Part shown: in pieces, positions 39,803 to 49,537 of the stretch
Numbering within the stretch: the first letter of the stretch is position 1
Layout: the number at the start of each line of letters is the position of its first letter
IMG/VR virus record: IMGVR_UViG_3300029911_000001
Coordinates: 1-64,000 of that record
DNA: 64,000 nt
Direction: 5' to 3' (one strand)
Program-made: the position numbers and the translations under genes
The notes under the pieces: model-generated
Databases searched by the model: none
Told to the model about the DNA's origin: nothing
Seen by the model: the letters and a program-made list of their open reading frames with translations, nothing else

Positions 39803-40318
39803 TTACCAACCACCTGTGCCGTCGTCTTTCTGGTAGTCGGTGATAGCGTCAGCCGAACCGACGCTATCCTTATCGACCATACGCACAAGCTGTGCAGAGT
39901 AGTCCACACCCGGAGGCGGTGGTGGTACTGTCTGGGTGATAGGTTCAATCCACTGGTGAATCGAACGGCGGATGTCCCACAGGCTGACGTGAGGCGTAGA
40001 GCGGGGGTACCAGCGGTTCTCAATCTCGATGTCATCATTGCTGGAGTACGACAGGATGTTCCATTCAGAACCTGCGTGGTCTTGGAAGACCGCACCGGGA
40101 ATCATGTACGCAAAGAAGATTTCATCGCCTTCAATCGGCGAGAGGGGACTTGGCGACTGCATCGTGCCGGGGTTCGGCTTGAACTGCACGAACGTGGAGG
40201 TACGAGCGTCATTTGGGTCGCCCACAATTCCCTGTAGGGCGGAGTCCGAGTTGACCTCTTCATCCTCGCAGAGGATACGGGCTTGCTTTACTAGGGCGTC
40301 AAACATCGAAGCGTTCAT
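39803..40318 (-). CDS. hypothetical protein
   Basis: GAAGG RBS before MNASMFD. Confidence 0.65.
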   Translation of the reverse strand: MNASMFDALVKQARILCEDEEVNSDSALQGIVGDPNDARTSTFVQFKPNPGTMQSPSPLSPIEGDEIFFAYMIPGAVFQDHAGSEWNILSYSSNDDIEIENRWYPRSTPHVSLWDIRRSIHQWIEPITQTVPPPPPGVDYSAQLVRMVDKDSVGSADAITDYQKDDGTGGW

Positions 40319-40540
40319 ATTTTTTCCTTCCAATTTTGAGAGTGTGGGTCTAAACCCACATTTTTCAGTTCCCCCCAAATACCGAGCAACGAAAGTAGCC
40401 TTCACGGTCGTTCCATTCCCGCCATTCGCATTCGCCACATTGCGTCGGACTGCTGGGGTTGATAATTATCTGGTGTACGAATGACATTGCTCTTCCCTCT
40501 AATTCTGTAATCAGGTAGTCGAAAAGTTATTTTCCTGTCA

Positions 40541-41842
40541 TCAAGTTTGGATTCTGCCGAACGTTACCGTCCGACCAATAGGAATCTCCGCCTTGTTCTC
40601 CCATGGAGCCTTACCCGGCTGGGTCAGAGCGTTGAACAGAGGCTCACCGTCACCCTTGAGATTGTTCGGGTCTTCACCCTGAAGGTAGTTCTTGCCGACG
40701 ACTGGATTGAATAGGGTGGGCATACCTGTGTTGATGGGAATGAGGTATCGAGTATCGCCCCAAGGCAGCAGGGACGTGTTGAAGTCCTGCTGTAATAGAA
40801 TGCCACGCGGGGACTTATAGGTCACACCACTGATAACCAGACGCTCACCGTTACGACGGACGATGAGGTCACCGTCCTGCACGATGGGCGTGTTGGTAAG
40901 GTAACTACGACTCTCGCGGGTTGCCTTGATGCCACCACCCTCATCCAGTTCACGAGTGATAGCGGAGTCTGGCGGAACGTACGTGATGTCGTAGGGGCCA
41001 AAATATCCTCCGACGATACCAATCTCGAAGCAAATCTTGCAGCCAGTCTTGGCTTGACCTAATCCACCTTCAGACCCTCTGCAACCGCACAACTTACCCC
41101 GCGTTTTGCGAAATAAGATGTAGGCAGGCTCCCCTATCTGTTCGAACAGCCACTCGTTGCGGCGAACCATCTCTGCATACTCCCACGTCATCTGGTCAAC
41201 TTCCTGCGTGTTGACAATCTTGGTGCCGGGGTGACCGGGCTTATGCAGTTCCTCGCCCACCGGTCCCAAAGGAACGATGCAATAGAAGGTGCGGGTCATA
41301 CCGGTGTAGATGTCCACATAGTTGATGAGCTTGTTGTAGACGACCTTGAACTCCTTCACGCCGGAGTAGTCAGCCTTCCACACGACACCATTATTCACCG
41401 CAGCCAAGTCAGTGACGTAACCGCCCTGCTTCAACTGATTGTCCATGGGGAGCCACACGGTGCGGTCGAGACCTTGAACCTCAGCCGGGGTGAGGGCAAC
41501 ATCGTCTACGTACACTGTCACGTCCTGAGGACGAATAGAGACGAAGGGGCGTCCGGTCACGACATCAGCGTATGGAGTGTCGGGGATTCGGAAGCCCCAC
41601 CTTCCCATGATTCCCTTGTCTACCCAGTCGGGCTCCTGAACAATGTACGTGACCTGCTGGAGAGCTACTTGATCCCGGTAGAAATGACCTGACCATGGAT
41701 TAACATTTAGTTTGTGCCAGTTCACCGGGGCATCAAAGGCCCGGTAGATATTGTAGCCATGAGCAGCGTCGGGGTCGTCCTGCCACCAGAGGTCGCGGGA
41801 GCCGACGTAACTGGAGTTCATAACTATTAGGGTTTGAATCAT
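40541..41842 (-). CDS. putative neck/head-completion protein
   Basis: GYNIYRA; CGC..CKICF..GIVGGY; structural context. Confidence 0.6.
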   Translation of the reverse strand: MIQTLIVMNSSYVGSRDLWWQDDPDAAHGYNIYRAFDAPVNWHKLNVNPWSGHFYRDQVALQQVTYIVQEPDWVDKGIMGRWGFRIPDTPYADVVTGRPFVSIRPQDVTVYVDDVALTPAEVQGLDRTVWLPMDNQLKQGGYVTDLAAVNNGVVWKADYSGVKEFKVVYNKLINYVDIYTGMTRTFYCIVPLGPVGEELHKPGHPGTKIVNTQEVDQMTWEYAEMVRRNEWLFEQIGEPAYILFRKTRGKLCGCRGSEGGLGQAKTGCKICFEIGIVGGYFGPYDITYVPPDSAITRELDEGGGIKATRESRSYLTNTPIVQDGDLIVRRNGERLVISGVTYKSPRGILLQQDFNTSLLPWGDTRYLIPINTGMPTLFNPVVGKNYLQGEDPNNLKGDGEPLFNALTQPGKAPWENKAEIPIGRTVTFGRIQT

Positions 41843-41843
41843 A

Positions 41844-42197
41844 CTATTTACCCTCGCTGAGGCGGATGACATCAATGGGAGTCACAGGAACTCTGTGCAA
41901 GTACCGCCATATTCGAACATCCTTAGCACTAGACAGGGAACCCGGTAGGAGTCGTTTGACCAAATCGAGGTCTTTCTTTATAAACTGGGTACCATGGATG
42001 CGGAGAACTATGGGGGCTCCCCCTGTTTTCCCCGCCTTGTTTTTGGCGAACCACTCAGCAACAGGTAGTGTGAAGTAGCTTCTTTCAACCAACCCCTCTC
42101 GAATAATCTCAGGCAGCACACTGTCGTCAGTTCCGTGATACAAGAACTCAGGAACTACGGACACCCCTTGTTTTAGAAACTTACTTTTCCAGTGCAT
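41844..42197 (-). CDS. possible ADP-ribosyltransferase-fold protein
   Basis: LYHGT...I.REGL...YFT...A..FA...IVLRI pattern. Confidence 0.5.
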   Translation of the reverse strand: MHWKSKFLKQGVSVVPEFLYHGTDDSVLPEIIREGLVERSYFTLPVAEWFAKNKAGKTGGAPIVLRIHGTQFIKKDLDLVKRLLPGSLSSAKDVRIWRYLHRVPVTPIDVIRLSEGK

Positions 42198-42207
42198 ATC
42201 GCTCCTA

Positions 42208-42936
42208 CTAAGGTACTTGGGTAGTGCAAAAAGAGCAGTTCGGATTAATCAGACCACGATTGGTGTGCCAACGCACATGCTTGGCCTTTATAAGACTGCC
42301 GCTGGCAACACTAGCTGCGGCGGCTCTCTGCTTCGCTTCGCGAGAGCCTGACTTGCCTCCGAGGCTGTGAACTTCACGGGACATGCGGGTACGCATCTCC
42401 TCAGGGTGTTCGTCAGCCCACTTCCTACAAGCCTCGATACGAGTAGATTCATCTTGAAGGGCACGTTTGGTTTTTATTTTCTTCACTGAGTCTTCTGTGA
42501 GAAACGAGCCACCCTGCTCCTGTCTTGCTTGCTCAACAGCAGCTTTACGCTTCTCCTCTTGTTCAGCCGAACGCAGGAACACAGGGTTACCTACTTCCTT
42601 CAATTTGGCCTTGGTCTCTTCAGACATAGTGCCGGTGAACCCTTCTCCACCCCGGCAGATGTTGTAGCCGATTTCTGGATTGCGGGTGTCGTAAAGGGCG
42701 ATGAGTAAACGTTCGAGTCGGTCTAGCTCTTCTTTGGTCTCGATACCCTCGAAAAGAGGCTCTATCGACCAAACCTCCTTGGGGTGCTTACGCATGGAGT
42801 TGAAGAGATGGGATGAACCTCTGTTTCGCTTTGCATGAGAAAATTTGTCTTGAAGGTACTTCTTCAAGTTATTGCCCTTATGCTGGCCGATGTAAATCTT
42901 CCCTGTGATTGAGTTAGTGATGGCATAGATGTACAT
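42208..42936 (-). CDS. GIY-YIG homing endonuclease
   Basis: YIYAITNSITGKIYIGQ..GYNICRGGEG. Confidence 0.9.
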   Translation of the reverse strand: MYIYAITNSITGKIYIGQHKGNNLKKYLQDKFSHAKRNRGSSHLFNSMRKHPKEVWSIEPLFEGIETKEELDRLERLLIALYDTRNPEIGYNICRGGEGFTGTMSEETKAKLKEVGNPVFLRSAEQEEKRKAAVEQARQEQGGSFLTEDSVKKIKTKRALQDESTRIEACRKWADEHPEEMRTRMSREVHSLGGKSGSREAKQRAAAASVASGSLIKAKHVRWHTNRGLINPNCSFCTTQVP

Positions 42937-43023
42937 GAAAATGGACTCCTCTTGTAGGAGTCCATAGTTGGGTTTCGATTTGTTATAAAACACAAATTAT
43001 TGAAACTAAACAACTTATCGTCG

Positions 43024-43950
43024 TCAACCCAAAAGCCAACGCTGCTGTCTTAATCCTGCACTGAACGGTCTGTTCGCCGTAATCAGTGGAGCCCACTCAT
43101 TGAACTCTTGGGAGTAGGTTTGACCTAGCGACTGGTAGAGGTTGGCCTTGTTGATGTCGAGGGACACACCGTTCAAGCTGTAGCTAAACTCATCCGCAGC
43201 CCAGCGTGCCCCTTCCTTGGTGAGGCAGGAAGACGCAGCACCGATGGCTGCACAACGTCCCCAGTCAATCGGGATGTTGTCCAGCGTCCAGCCGTACAGG
43301 TTCTTCACGTTCCATGTGTTGAGCTTGGAGATGGCAATATCCAGCATCCGAAGGATGGTGGAATCAAGCCAGATGTACCCCACGCGAGTGGTGTACCCGG
43401 CTACCACCTTACCCGGAGTGGGTGGGCGGAAATGGTAATTACGGTCGGGGTTCTCATCGCTAATCAATTCCCTGACGTACATGATGGCCGGAGCATACTT
43501 GCTGGTGGTCGTCTTCGCCGGGGCAAGAATCTGAGAGGGAGCTTCAAAGGAGTTCGAAGTCGGGTCAATGGTCTGAACCACGAAGTCTTCGGTTACCTGC
43601 TGCTCAGCGTTACCGGGGTACTGTACCATGTACCAGACTAGACGATACACACCCTGCCACGTTGTAGGGATGGTAAGGTTGATCCAGTACATGCCCTGAG
43701 ACGCACGTATAGGTATCATGCGCGGCTGACCCACCAGCATAGCCCCTTCCGGGTTGTAGTCTACTGGGAGCGACTGAAGCTGTTGCTGGTCATAGTCATA
43801 GGCACCCCGAATCTTGATGGGCACCTGTGACGAAATCTGGAAGATGCTGAAGCTTATTTGTGCGGGGTCTACTAGCACACCAGTAGCGTCCCGAACGATA
43901 ATGTTCAGGTTGCCTGTGCCTAAAGCCATCCCTTGCGTTAAAGTTACCAA
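43024..43950 (-). CDS. putative head-tail adaptor/neck protein
   Basis: VRELISD.NP...FSYSLNGVSLDI pattern; position in the structural block. Confidence 0.6.
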   Translation of the reverse strand: MVTLTQGMALGTGNLNIIVRDATGVLVDPAQISFSIFQISSQVPIKIRGAYDYDQQQLQSLPVDYNPEGAMLVGQPRMIPIRASQGMYWINLTIPTTWQGVYRLVWYMVQYPGNAEQQVTEDFVVQTIDPTSNSFEAPSQILAPAKTTTSKYAPAIMYVRELISDENPDRNYHFRPPTPGKVVAGYTTRVGYIWLDSTILRMLDIAISKLNTWNVKNLYGWTLDNIPIDWGRCAAIGAASSCLTKEGARWAADEFSYSLNGVSLDINKANLYQSLGQTYSQEFNEWAPLITANRPFSAGLRQQRWLLG

Positions 43951-43952
43951 AA

Positions 43953-44549
43953 TTACACCTCCTGTAAGTGATGCCCAAACCGTTTTTTCTTGTGTATCTC
44001 AACCCAGTTTTTCTGAGGAAGAATGCGCCTAAGGGTTGGACTCAGTTCCATCATCTCTTCGTAGGAGAGGTAGTTGTTTTTCATTCGATTGCAAATAATA
44101 CATGCAACCACCAAGTTGTCCTCTACGTACCCCTCTTCATTGTTTTTTCGGTCGAGGTTAGTTCGAGCGTGACCTTTACCCAAATTGTGGGCTGTCCAAG
44201 TGACAGGTGAACCGCAGTAGTGACATACACTAACTGTAGTAAAAGTCAAGAATTGTTCGTAGGTAATAGTGAACGCGAGTCCGCGTGACGCCGCTTGCTG
44301 TTTAAGTCGGTGCCAAAGCCACTCATAGGGTCGCTTACGCAACCCTCGATTTCCGGGATAGTTTTTCTGGATTAGGTTTCGACCAGTGCAAGACCTACAC
44401 TTACCCTGCCGTCTTGATAAACGGCTAGATTCCACCCACAGTTCGTTAGAACAGTTATCGGTCGCACACTTGAACAAGTACATCACCTTATTCTGGCGAC
44501 CTTGGGGGCGTAGCTCTTTTCGTAGTGCGTCTGTGATATTCAAACTCAT
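43953..44549 (-). CDS. HNH-type homing endonuclease
   Basis: CHYCG..NLDRKNNEEGYVEDNLVVACIICNRMK. Confidence 0.85.
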   Translation of the reverse strand: MSLNITDALRKELRPQGRQNKVMYLFKCATDNCSNELWVESSRLSRRQGKCRSCTGRNLIQKNYPGNRGLRKRPYEWLWHRLKQQAASRGLAFTITYEQFLTFTTVSVCHYCGSPVTWTAHNLGKGHARTNLDRKNNEEGYVEDNLVVACIICNRMKNNYLSYEEMMELSPTLRRILPQKNWVEIHKKKRFGHHLQEV

Positions 44550-44582
44550 GGGAAGTCTCTACCTATGAGTTTGAAAGTTCAC

Positions 44583-44984
44583 TTATTCTTCACCCAACTC
44601 ATCCAAATGGAGCTTATCCCACTGTTCGTAGACAATGCGGTTGTTCTCCTCAATGTCCTCACGAGTGGGGTACTTACCCCCCACCATAAGCAGAGAAGAA
44701 CAGTTAATGCAGCGAGGGGCATCAGGCCAGAAATGCTTCTCGAAGCCTTCAACTCCCATCCGGTCATGCCCGTAGATAGTGCAGTTGACCCGATTCCAGA
44801 CACGGCATATCAGGTGCTTGACCCATCCGGGAGCCCACAACAAGTAGCCGTGCTCACAGCCGTAGGCCATGGGGTAGCCTTGCTGACCGTCGCGTCGAGC
44901 GACCAGCCCCATGTTCCGTCCGAAGACCTTATTGAATCGTCGCTTCTGCTGAAACTTCTTCCACAATTTCTTCATCGAGTTCAT
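44583..44984 (-). CDS. hypothetical protein
   Basis: ORF with GGAG upstream; start uncertain. Confidence 0.5.
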   Translation of the reverse strand: MNSMKKLWKKFQQKRRFNKVFGRNMGLVARRDGQQGYPMAYGCEHGYLLWAPGWVKHLICRVWNRVNCTIYGHDRMGVEGFEKHFWPDAPRCINCSSLLMVGGKYPTREDIEENNRIVYEQWDKLHLDELGEE

Positions 44985-45702
44985 GTATGAGGCTCCATGC
45001 AATGATGCAGTAACCGAGTAGGTCTTTTGCTGAGTCAAGCTTTGGTTCGTATGTTGCCGTCCGTCCCAAAGCTGAAAGCTGTGCATAGCGTGCAATCTTA
45101 TCCCACAGCCGGGGTAGTGTACCTTGAATGCCATGGCGACGGTAGCTTTCACCATACTCTGCACCCTTAGAGTATAGTGTGCTGGTGAGTTCCTTCACTG
45201 CATCCCTGACATGGGATTCGGTATATAGGAAATTGTCGTTCACCACGAGTGCCTTGAACTTGTTCTGTTCGTACAGGTAGATGAGAGCCGCCACGTATGT
45301 CATCACATGCATGTGCTCTTCAACCAGAGTAACGAAGGAAGGGTTCCAATGGGGGAGCAGGACGTTGTGCAGATGGTTGGAGACGCCTTCAACGATTACG
45401 AAGTTGTAAACCCACTGAAGGAAAAGGTTCTCCACGTTGTAGTAGCCGCCGTCAAACAGCACACCGTACTGAATCAGCTTCTCCGGGTCGGGACGGACGG
45501 TGATGATTTCGTTGCCTACAGTACCGAGGCCGGTCAGGCCGGAGCTAAGAATCTGAGTAGGGGACTGTAGTTTGGAGAGAACTTTTTCTGCGGAGATTAG
45601 GTCGGGTAGTCGTTCGATTACCTTATCCCAAGATTCATTGTGGACGAAGAGACCTTCTCGAACCTCTTGCCAGTATACTGTACCGTTCAGGGCTTCACTC
45701 AT
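44929..45702 (-). CDS. protein with a C-terminal DUF1599-like (nucleotide-modification-associated) domain
   Basis: K..EYG.S......G...RL.DK..R...D...DL.GY motif. Confidence 0.6.
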   Translation of the reverse strand: MSEALNGTVYWQEVREGLFVHNESWDKVIERLPDLISAEKVLSKLQSPTQILSSGLTGLGTVGNEIITVRPDPEKLIQYGVLFDGGYYNVENLFLQWVYNFVIVEGVSNHLHNVLLPHWNPSFVTLVEEHMHVMTYVAALIYLYEQNKFKALVVNDNFLYTESHVRDAVKELTSTLYSKGAEYGESYRRHGIQGTLPRLWDKIARYAQLSALGRTATYEPKLDSAKDLLGYCIIAWSLIHELDEEIVEEVSAEATIQ

Positions 45703-46348
45703 ATCCCATAATACTGGCTATAGATGAGTTTCCTATCAGGCGATATACCTTTGCTGGTGGCTTTTCTCCAGCGAACTTGGACACACGTGGGGCCTGTACG
45801 AGTCTCGCGTCCCTCAGAGCCTCCAAGGTGACGCGACCGAAGCCGCGTATCCTGTTTCCCCGTGTATCGAAGATGCCATAGGTGCGTACCCACTCTGGAA
45901 CGTGGGAGATACCCTTTGCGACTATTGGTCTCTCATAGTCCACCACGAAGACGCAGCCCTTGCGAAGATAAGCGACCGCCGACTGAGAGAGCCAGCTAAG
46001 CCCCGGTATGCGATGCTTGATGATGAAATCTACGCGAAGCTTAAATGCTTTCTTCTGAAATCTGGTCATGCCTTTTCTCTCGAAGTAGTGCCGCACCCCT
46101 TCTGACGGTGGTTCAGGCTCCGGCTTGTACGCCTTGGCAAAGTCAAGGATACGACGTCGCACTTCTGACTTGGTGGGACCGAGACCCACCTGTGTGAAGT
46201 CCCGCACCATCATCCCAAGGACTTCATCCTGCGAGGGCTGGATGGGCTCGGGGTCGCTGGAGGGATGAGCACTGAACCGTGCCTTCATAGCGGACATATG
46301 GGCTTCCACTTGTTCCTTGGTCGCGCCTGCTGGTGGGTTAAATGACAT
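45695..46348 (-). CDS. hypothetical protein
   Basis: 217 aa with GGAGG RBS. Confidence 0.65.
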   Translation of the reverse strand: MSFNPPAGATKEQVEAHMSAMKARFSAHPSSDPEPIQPSQDEVLGMMVRDFTQVGLGPTKSEVRRRILDFAKAYKPEPEPPSEGVRHYFERKGMTRFQKKAFKLRVDFIIKHRIPGLSWLSQSAVAYLRKGCVFVVDYERPIVAKGISHVPEWVRTYGIFDTRGNRIRGFGRVTLEALRDARLVQAPRVSKFAGEKPPAKVYRLIGNSSIASIMGYE

Positions 46349-46439
46349 GACTTCCTCCTATGTTATCCCTTGCCTCTCGCAGTAGCGAGGAGCGGTCAGT
46401 TCCAACGTGGGGTACATCTGTCCGATGCCAGCCACGACT

Positions 46440-46919
46440 TCATTTCTTCACCTGTTTGAGTTCGGTCTGTACGTAGGCCGCAACCGAATCATCCTCGTGC
46501 TTGACCCAAAACAGGTCTCCGCCAGCACCCGGTACGGTGCCGTAGAAGGTGCCCTTCGTGCCGATGGGCTTACGATTGTCGATGTGCGACTGATGCACAA
46601 GGAACGCAGACGTGTTGCCGTCGTACTTCCGGTTCGCCACAATCAAATGAATCGGCACAATCAAATGAATCGGCTCAGTGGGGAGTTCATCCCAAGTTTG
46701 CTGCTCTTCCTTCTTCAAGCCGCGATTGAACATGAACATATCGAGAGCGCGTGACTGCTGCACCGCATCGTTCAGCACCAGTCGGTAGAGTTCACCGAAG
46801 GGTTGCGTGGCATCTACAACCTTCTGGTAAGCATCCATCAAGAGTTGCATCTCACTGTCAGTAAGATGCCCACCCTGTTCGTACTTGCGAAGAATATCTT
46901 TCATAGTTCCCCTGTCCAT
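46440..46919 (-). CDS. hypothetical protein
   Basis: 159 aa; contains an 18-nt duplication. Confidence 0.6.
   Translation of the reverse strand: MDRGTMKDILRKYEQGGHLTDSEMQLLMDAYQKVVDATQPFGELYRLVLNDAVQQSRALDMFMFNRGLKKEEQQTWDELPTEPIHLIVPIHLIVANRKYDGNTSAFLVHQSHIDNRKPIGTKGTFYGTVPGAGGDLFWVKHEDDSVAAYVQTELKQVKK
46638..46673. repeat. 18-nt exact tandem duplication (PIHLIV x2)
   Basis: cacaatcaaatgaatcgg occurs twice. Confidence 0.9.
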
Positions 46920-47171
46920 GCGGTCACAATGGGTTCCGCTATGATTATCAAGACTATCACCTTGTCCATCGGGTACGAAAAGAAGTCAGCGAGGCGGTCG
47001 GCGAGAAGTTCGAGTTTCTTAACGTTCATTTCAGTTTCCTGTCACCTTGATAGGTTCATTGGTGAGACGGGTCTGGTCATCCGTGCGACCACACAGACTA
47101 TCTTTTCCGTGGAATTGATAGAAGTGCAGCCGCCCGGTGACCTTCCTCGTCTTGTATGTGTTCCGCTCATG

Positions 47172-48587
47172 TTACTCCGCGTCCTGAAAGTAGTCGAAGC
47201 TGGCTGCGGTACTGCGAACCTCATCCAGCGTGAAATCCTTCTTCAGTTCGCCGTTGAGGAACACGGTCTTGAGGTAGTTGCCGTAGCTGTCCTCTTCCGT
47301 GGTGTCGATAGTACGCCAGCCGCCGTCGCTGTTGAACAGGTTGAAGCGGCCACCGATGGATGCCTTCGAAGAATCCGTCTTCGGGTTCTTGAAGACCGGA
47401 CTCCACTGCCCTGCCCGGTTGATGGCCGAGCACTTGATAGCAAAGCGCATCGTGTCGCGGTTCTGCTGCTGCAACAGGGCACCGCCCATGCCGTAGCCCC
47501 AGTTGTCCATCGACCAACCCGACCGGGTGAGGGAGGAGTTGATGCGAAGGATGTTCTGATAGTTCACGCCGTCGCCCTGAATCGCACGAATCTGTGCCGG
47601 GAGAACCTTGTAGCCCTTGGCGTTGGTCTCGAAGCCGAACTTCTCCGCAACTGCGTTGAAGATGTCTTCGAGGACAACCACAGGGTCACCTGAGTCCGGG
47701 CGAAGCACGACAGTACCGTCCCGACGCAGAACCTTCTCACGAAGCTGGTTGCCGAAGATTTCAGCGACCGCGTTGTGCGTGTCGTAGCTGTCAACCACGC
47801 ACGCGAGAAGCGCAGTGGGCGACTTGTCGAGCATGTTCTCGTAGGCATCACGCTCGTTAGCCTGACCCCATGACGTGACCGTGCTGTGTTCCATAGCAGG
47901 GATAGAGAACCCCGGCATATCCTTGGCTCCGTAATAGTCACGTAGCAGTATGGCCGCTTCCATCGTGTCTGAGCCCATGAAGTTGACCAGATGTGCTGCT
48001 CCGCCGATAGCCGCCGATTCTTGCGAGGAGACGCCACGGGCTCCAAAGTCATGCAGCTTGAACGGCAAGCCAGCAGGAGTTCCGGTGCGAACCAAGTCCT
48101 TGCCAATTTCCTGCTTGATGTGCCATGACAGGGTGCCGACCGTGATGGGGTACCATGTTCCTCGGAGGATGATGGTCTCCGCCCAGTTTGTCAGCCAAGG
48201 AAACTCATCATCCGTGTTCTCAATGGTCAGCAGGGCGTTCTTCACAGAAACAACTGTACCCTCCGGCACCGCACGAATCTTGAGGGGAAGGCGACCGTCG
48301 TGCTTCTCCAGCAACCTGAGCCAACCCGTCGTATTGAATACCTTATCGGAGCCAAAGTGAGCCGCCGCAAATGCTTGAGCCTCGTCTACGTCTTCCTTAG
48401 TGAAGACCTTACCGACCAAGTAGGTCTTGAGGGTGTACTGAAGACCGAAGAACATCGTGTCCTTCCAAAAACCTCCGCGAGACATAAGGTGGGAGTAAAT
48501 AGTTCGAGTATCTGGGGGGTACTGAAAATGGTGGGAAAGCTTGTAACTGTCCGTTGTCAGTAGGGGGTTAACTCTCAGTTTTTGCAC
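47172..48587 (-). CDS. nadV: nicotinamide phosphoribosyltransferase (Nampt)
   Basis: TDSYKLSH..QYP, LHDFGARG, IPAMEHS, RPDSGDP, IQGDG and FAIKCS motifs. Confidence 0.95.
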   Translation of the reverse strand: MQKLRVNPLLTTDSYKLSHHFQYPPDTRTIYSHLMSRGGFWKDTMFFGLQYTLKTYLVGKVFTKEDVDEAQAFAAAHFGSDKVFNTTGWLRLLEKHDGRLPLKIRAVPEGTVVSVKNALLTIENTDDEFPWLTNWAETIILRGTWYPITVGTLSWHIKQEIGKDLVRTGTPAGLPFKLHDFGARGVSSQESAAIGGAAHLVNFMGSDTMEAAILLRDYYGAKDMPGFSIPAMEHSTVTSWGQANERDAYENMLDKSPTALLACVVDSYDTHNAVAEIFGNQLREKVLRRDGTVVLRPDSGDPVVVLEDIFNAVAEKFGFETNAKGYKVLPAQIRAIQGDGVNYQNILRINSSLTRSGWSMDNWGYGMGGALLQQQNRDTMRFAIKCSAINRAGQWSPVFKNPKTDSSKASIGGRFNLFNSDGGWRTIDTTEEDSYGNYLKTVFLNGELKKDFTLDEVRSTAASFDYFQDAE

Positions 48588-49497
48588 TTGTTTTCTCCTT
48601 CAAAAAAGCCTTTACATCATTTATGAAGAACGGGATTCTCACCATTTGGTATCCGTTATCTTCCGCCCACTGGTCTTTCAACTTGTCCAAACTTCGTATG
48701 CGTTCCAAGTCCTCGGGCTTCTTCCCTGTCAATACCTTGTAATGCTGTGCTCCATCAAATTCAATGAGTAGCTTCATCCCCTCAACACAGAAGTCATACC
48801 GTAGATGGCGACCTGACTTTGGGTTTATGAGTCCGGGGAAACACTTCTGTGGTTTGTACTTCCAACTCCACGCTTCCAAACACTTTCTAACTTCCTCCTC
48901 GCCCCACGAATAGTACCGTGAAAAGCATTTTGGACAACCTGCACCCCGAAGATGATTACTCGCCAGTTGTTTAAAGTCCCCATGCACCTTACATGTAATG
49001 GTAACCGATTTCAAAGAGTAGGTGTAACCTAGTCGGTCATAACCATAGCGGTCACCGTGGAGCCTTCGAGCTTCGATGATGAAATCTTCGGGGGACTTAC
49101 GCTTTTTATCGCTCCTCTGTACTATCCCACATTTTGGACAGCCACACCCATTCAAATGGTTATTCGGGGTCATCTCAAACCCCCCGTGAACCGGACAAAG
49201 AATTGTTACTTTGTCCAAAGTTGTGGTTCGGTATACAACGTTGGAATAGTCGTATAGATCACCATGCTTCTTCCTTGCTTTCTCGATGAACTTCTCAGTC
49301 GTTGATGTTGCTTCCTTCCGAGCACATTTAGGACAGTTCTGGCCCACTCTGTGACATGAGGGGAGTTGCCAAAACACACCATGTTCTCGACACACAATTT
49401 CTACCTTGCTACGTTTGTTTTTGTACACCAACCGGGAGTAATCATACCGCTCTCCGTGTACCTGTTGCACTGCTACCAAATACTCCTGTGTCGTCAT
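48568..49497 (-). CDS. homing endonuclease-like protein (DUF723-type Zn repeats plus Vsr/PD-(D/E)XK-like nuclease)
   Basis: Three HG.RYDYS/C..HG.F/CPKC repeats; LRYDF...LIEFDGAQHY..D..K. Confidence 0.85.
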   Translation of the reverse strand: MTTQEYLVAVQQVHGERYDYSRLVYKNKRSKVEIVCREHGVFWQLPSCHRVGQNCPKCARKEATSTTEKFIEKARKKHGDLYDYSNVVYRTTTLDKVTILCPVHGGFEMTPNNHLNGCGCPKCGIVQRSDKKRKSPEDFIIEARRLHGDRYGYDRLGYTYSLKSVTITCKVHGDFKQLASNHLRGAGCPKCFSRYYSWGEEEVRKCLEAWSWKYKPQKCFPGLINPKSGRHLRYDFCVEGMKLLIEFDGAQHYKVLTGKKPEDLERIRSLDKLKDQWAEDNGYQMVRIPFFINDVKAFLKEKTSAKTES

Positions 49498-49537
49498 ACC
49501 CACCTCTAACTAAGGGGTGGGTATTGCAAACAGTAAC

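Noticed and set aside
28011-46673. Tandem duplications at 28011-28082 and 46638-46673 as DGR or functional repeats
   Set aside because: Simple in-frame slippage duplications; no reverse transcriptase and no adenine-specific TR/VR pair.
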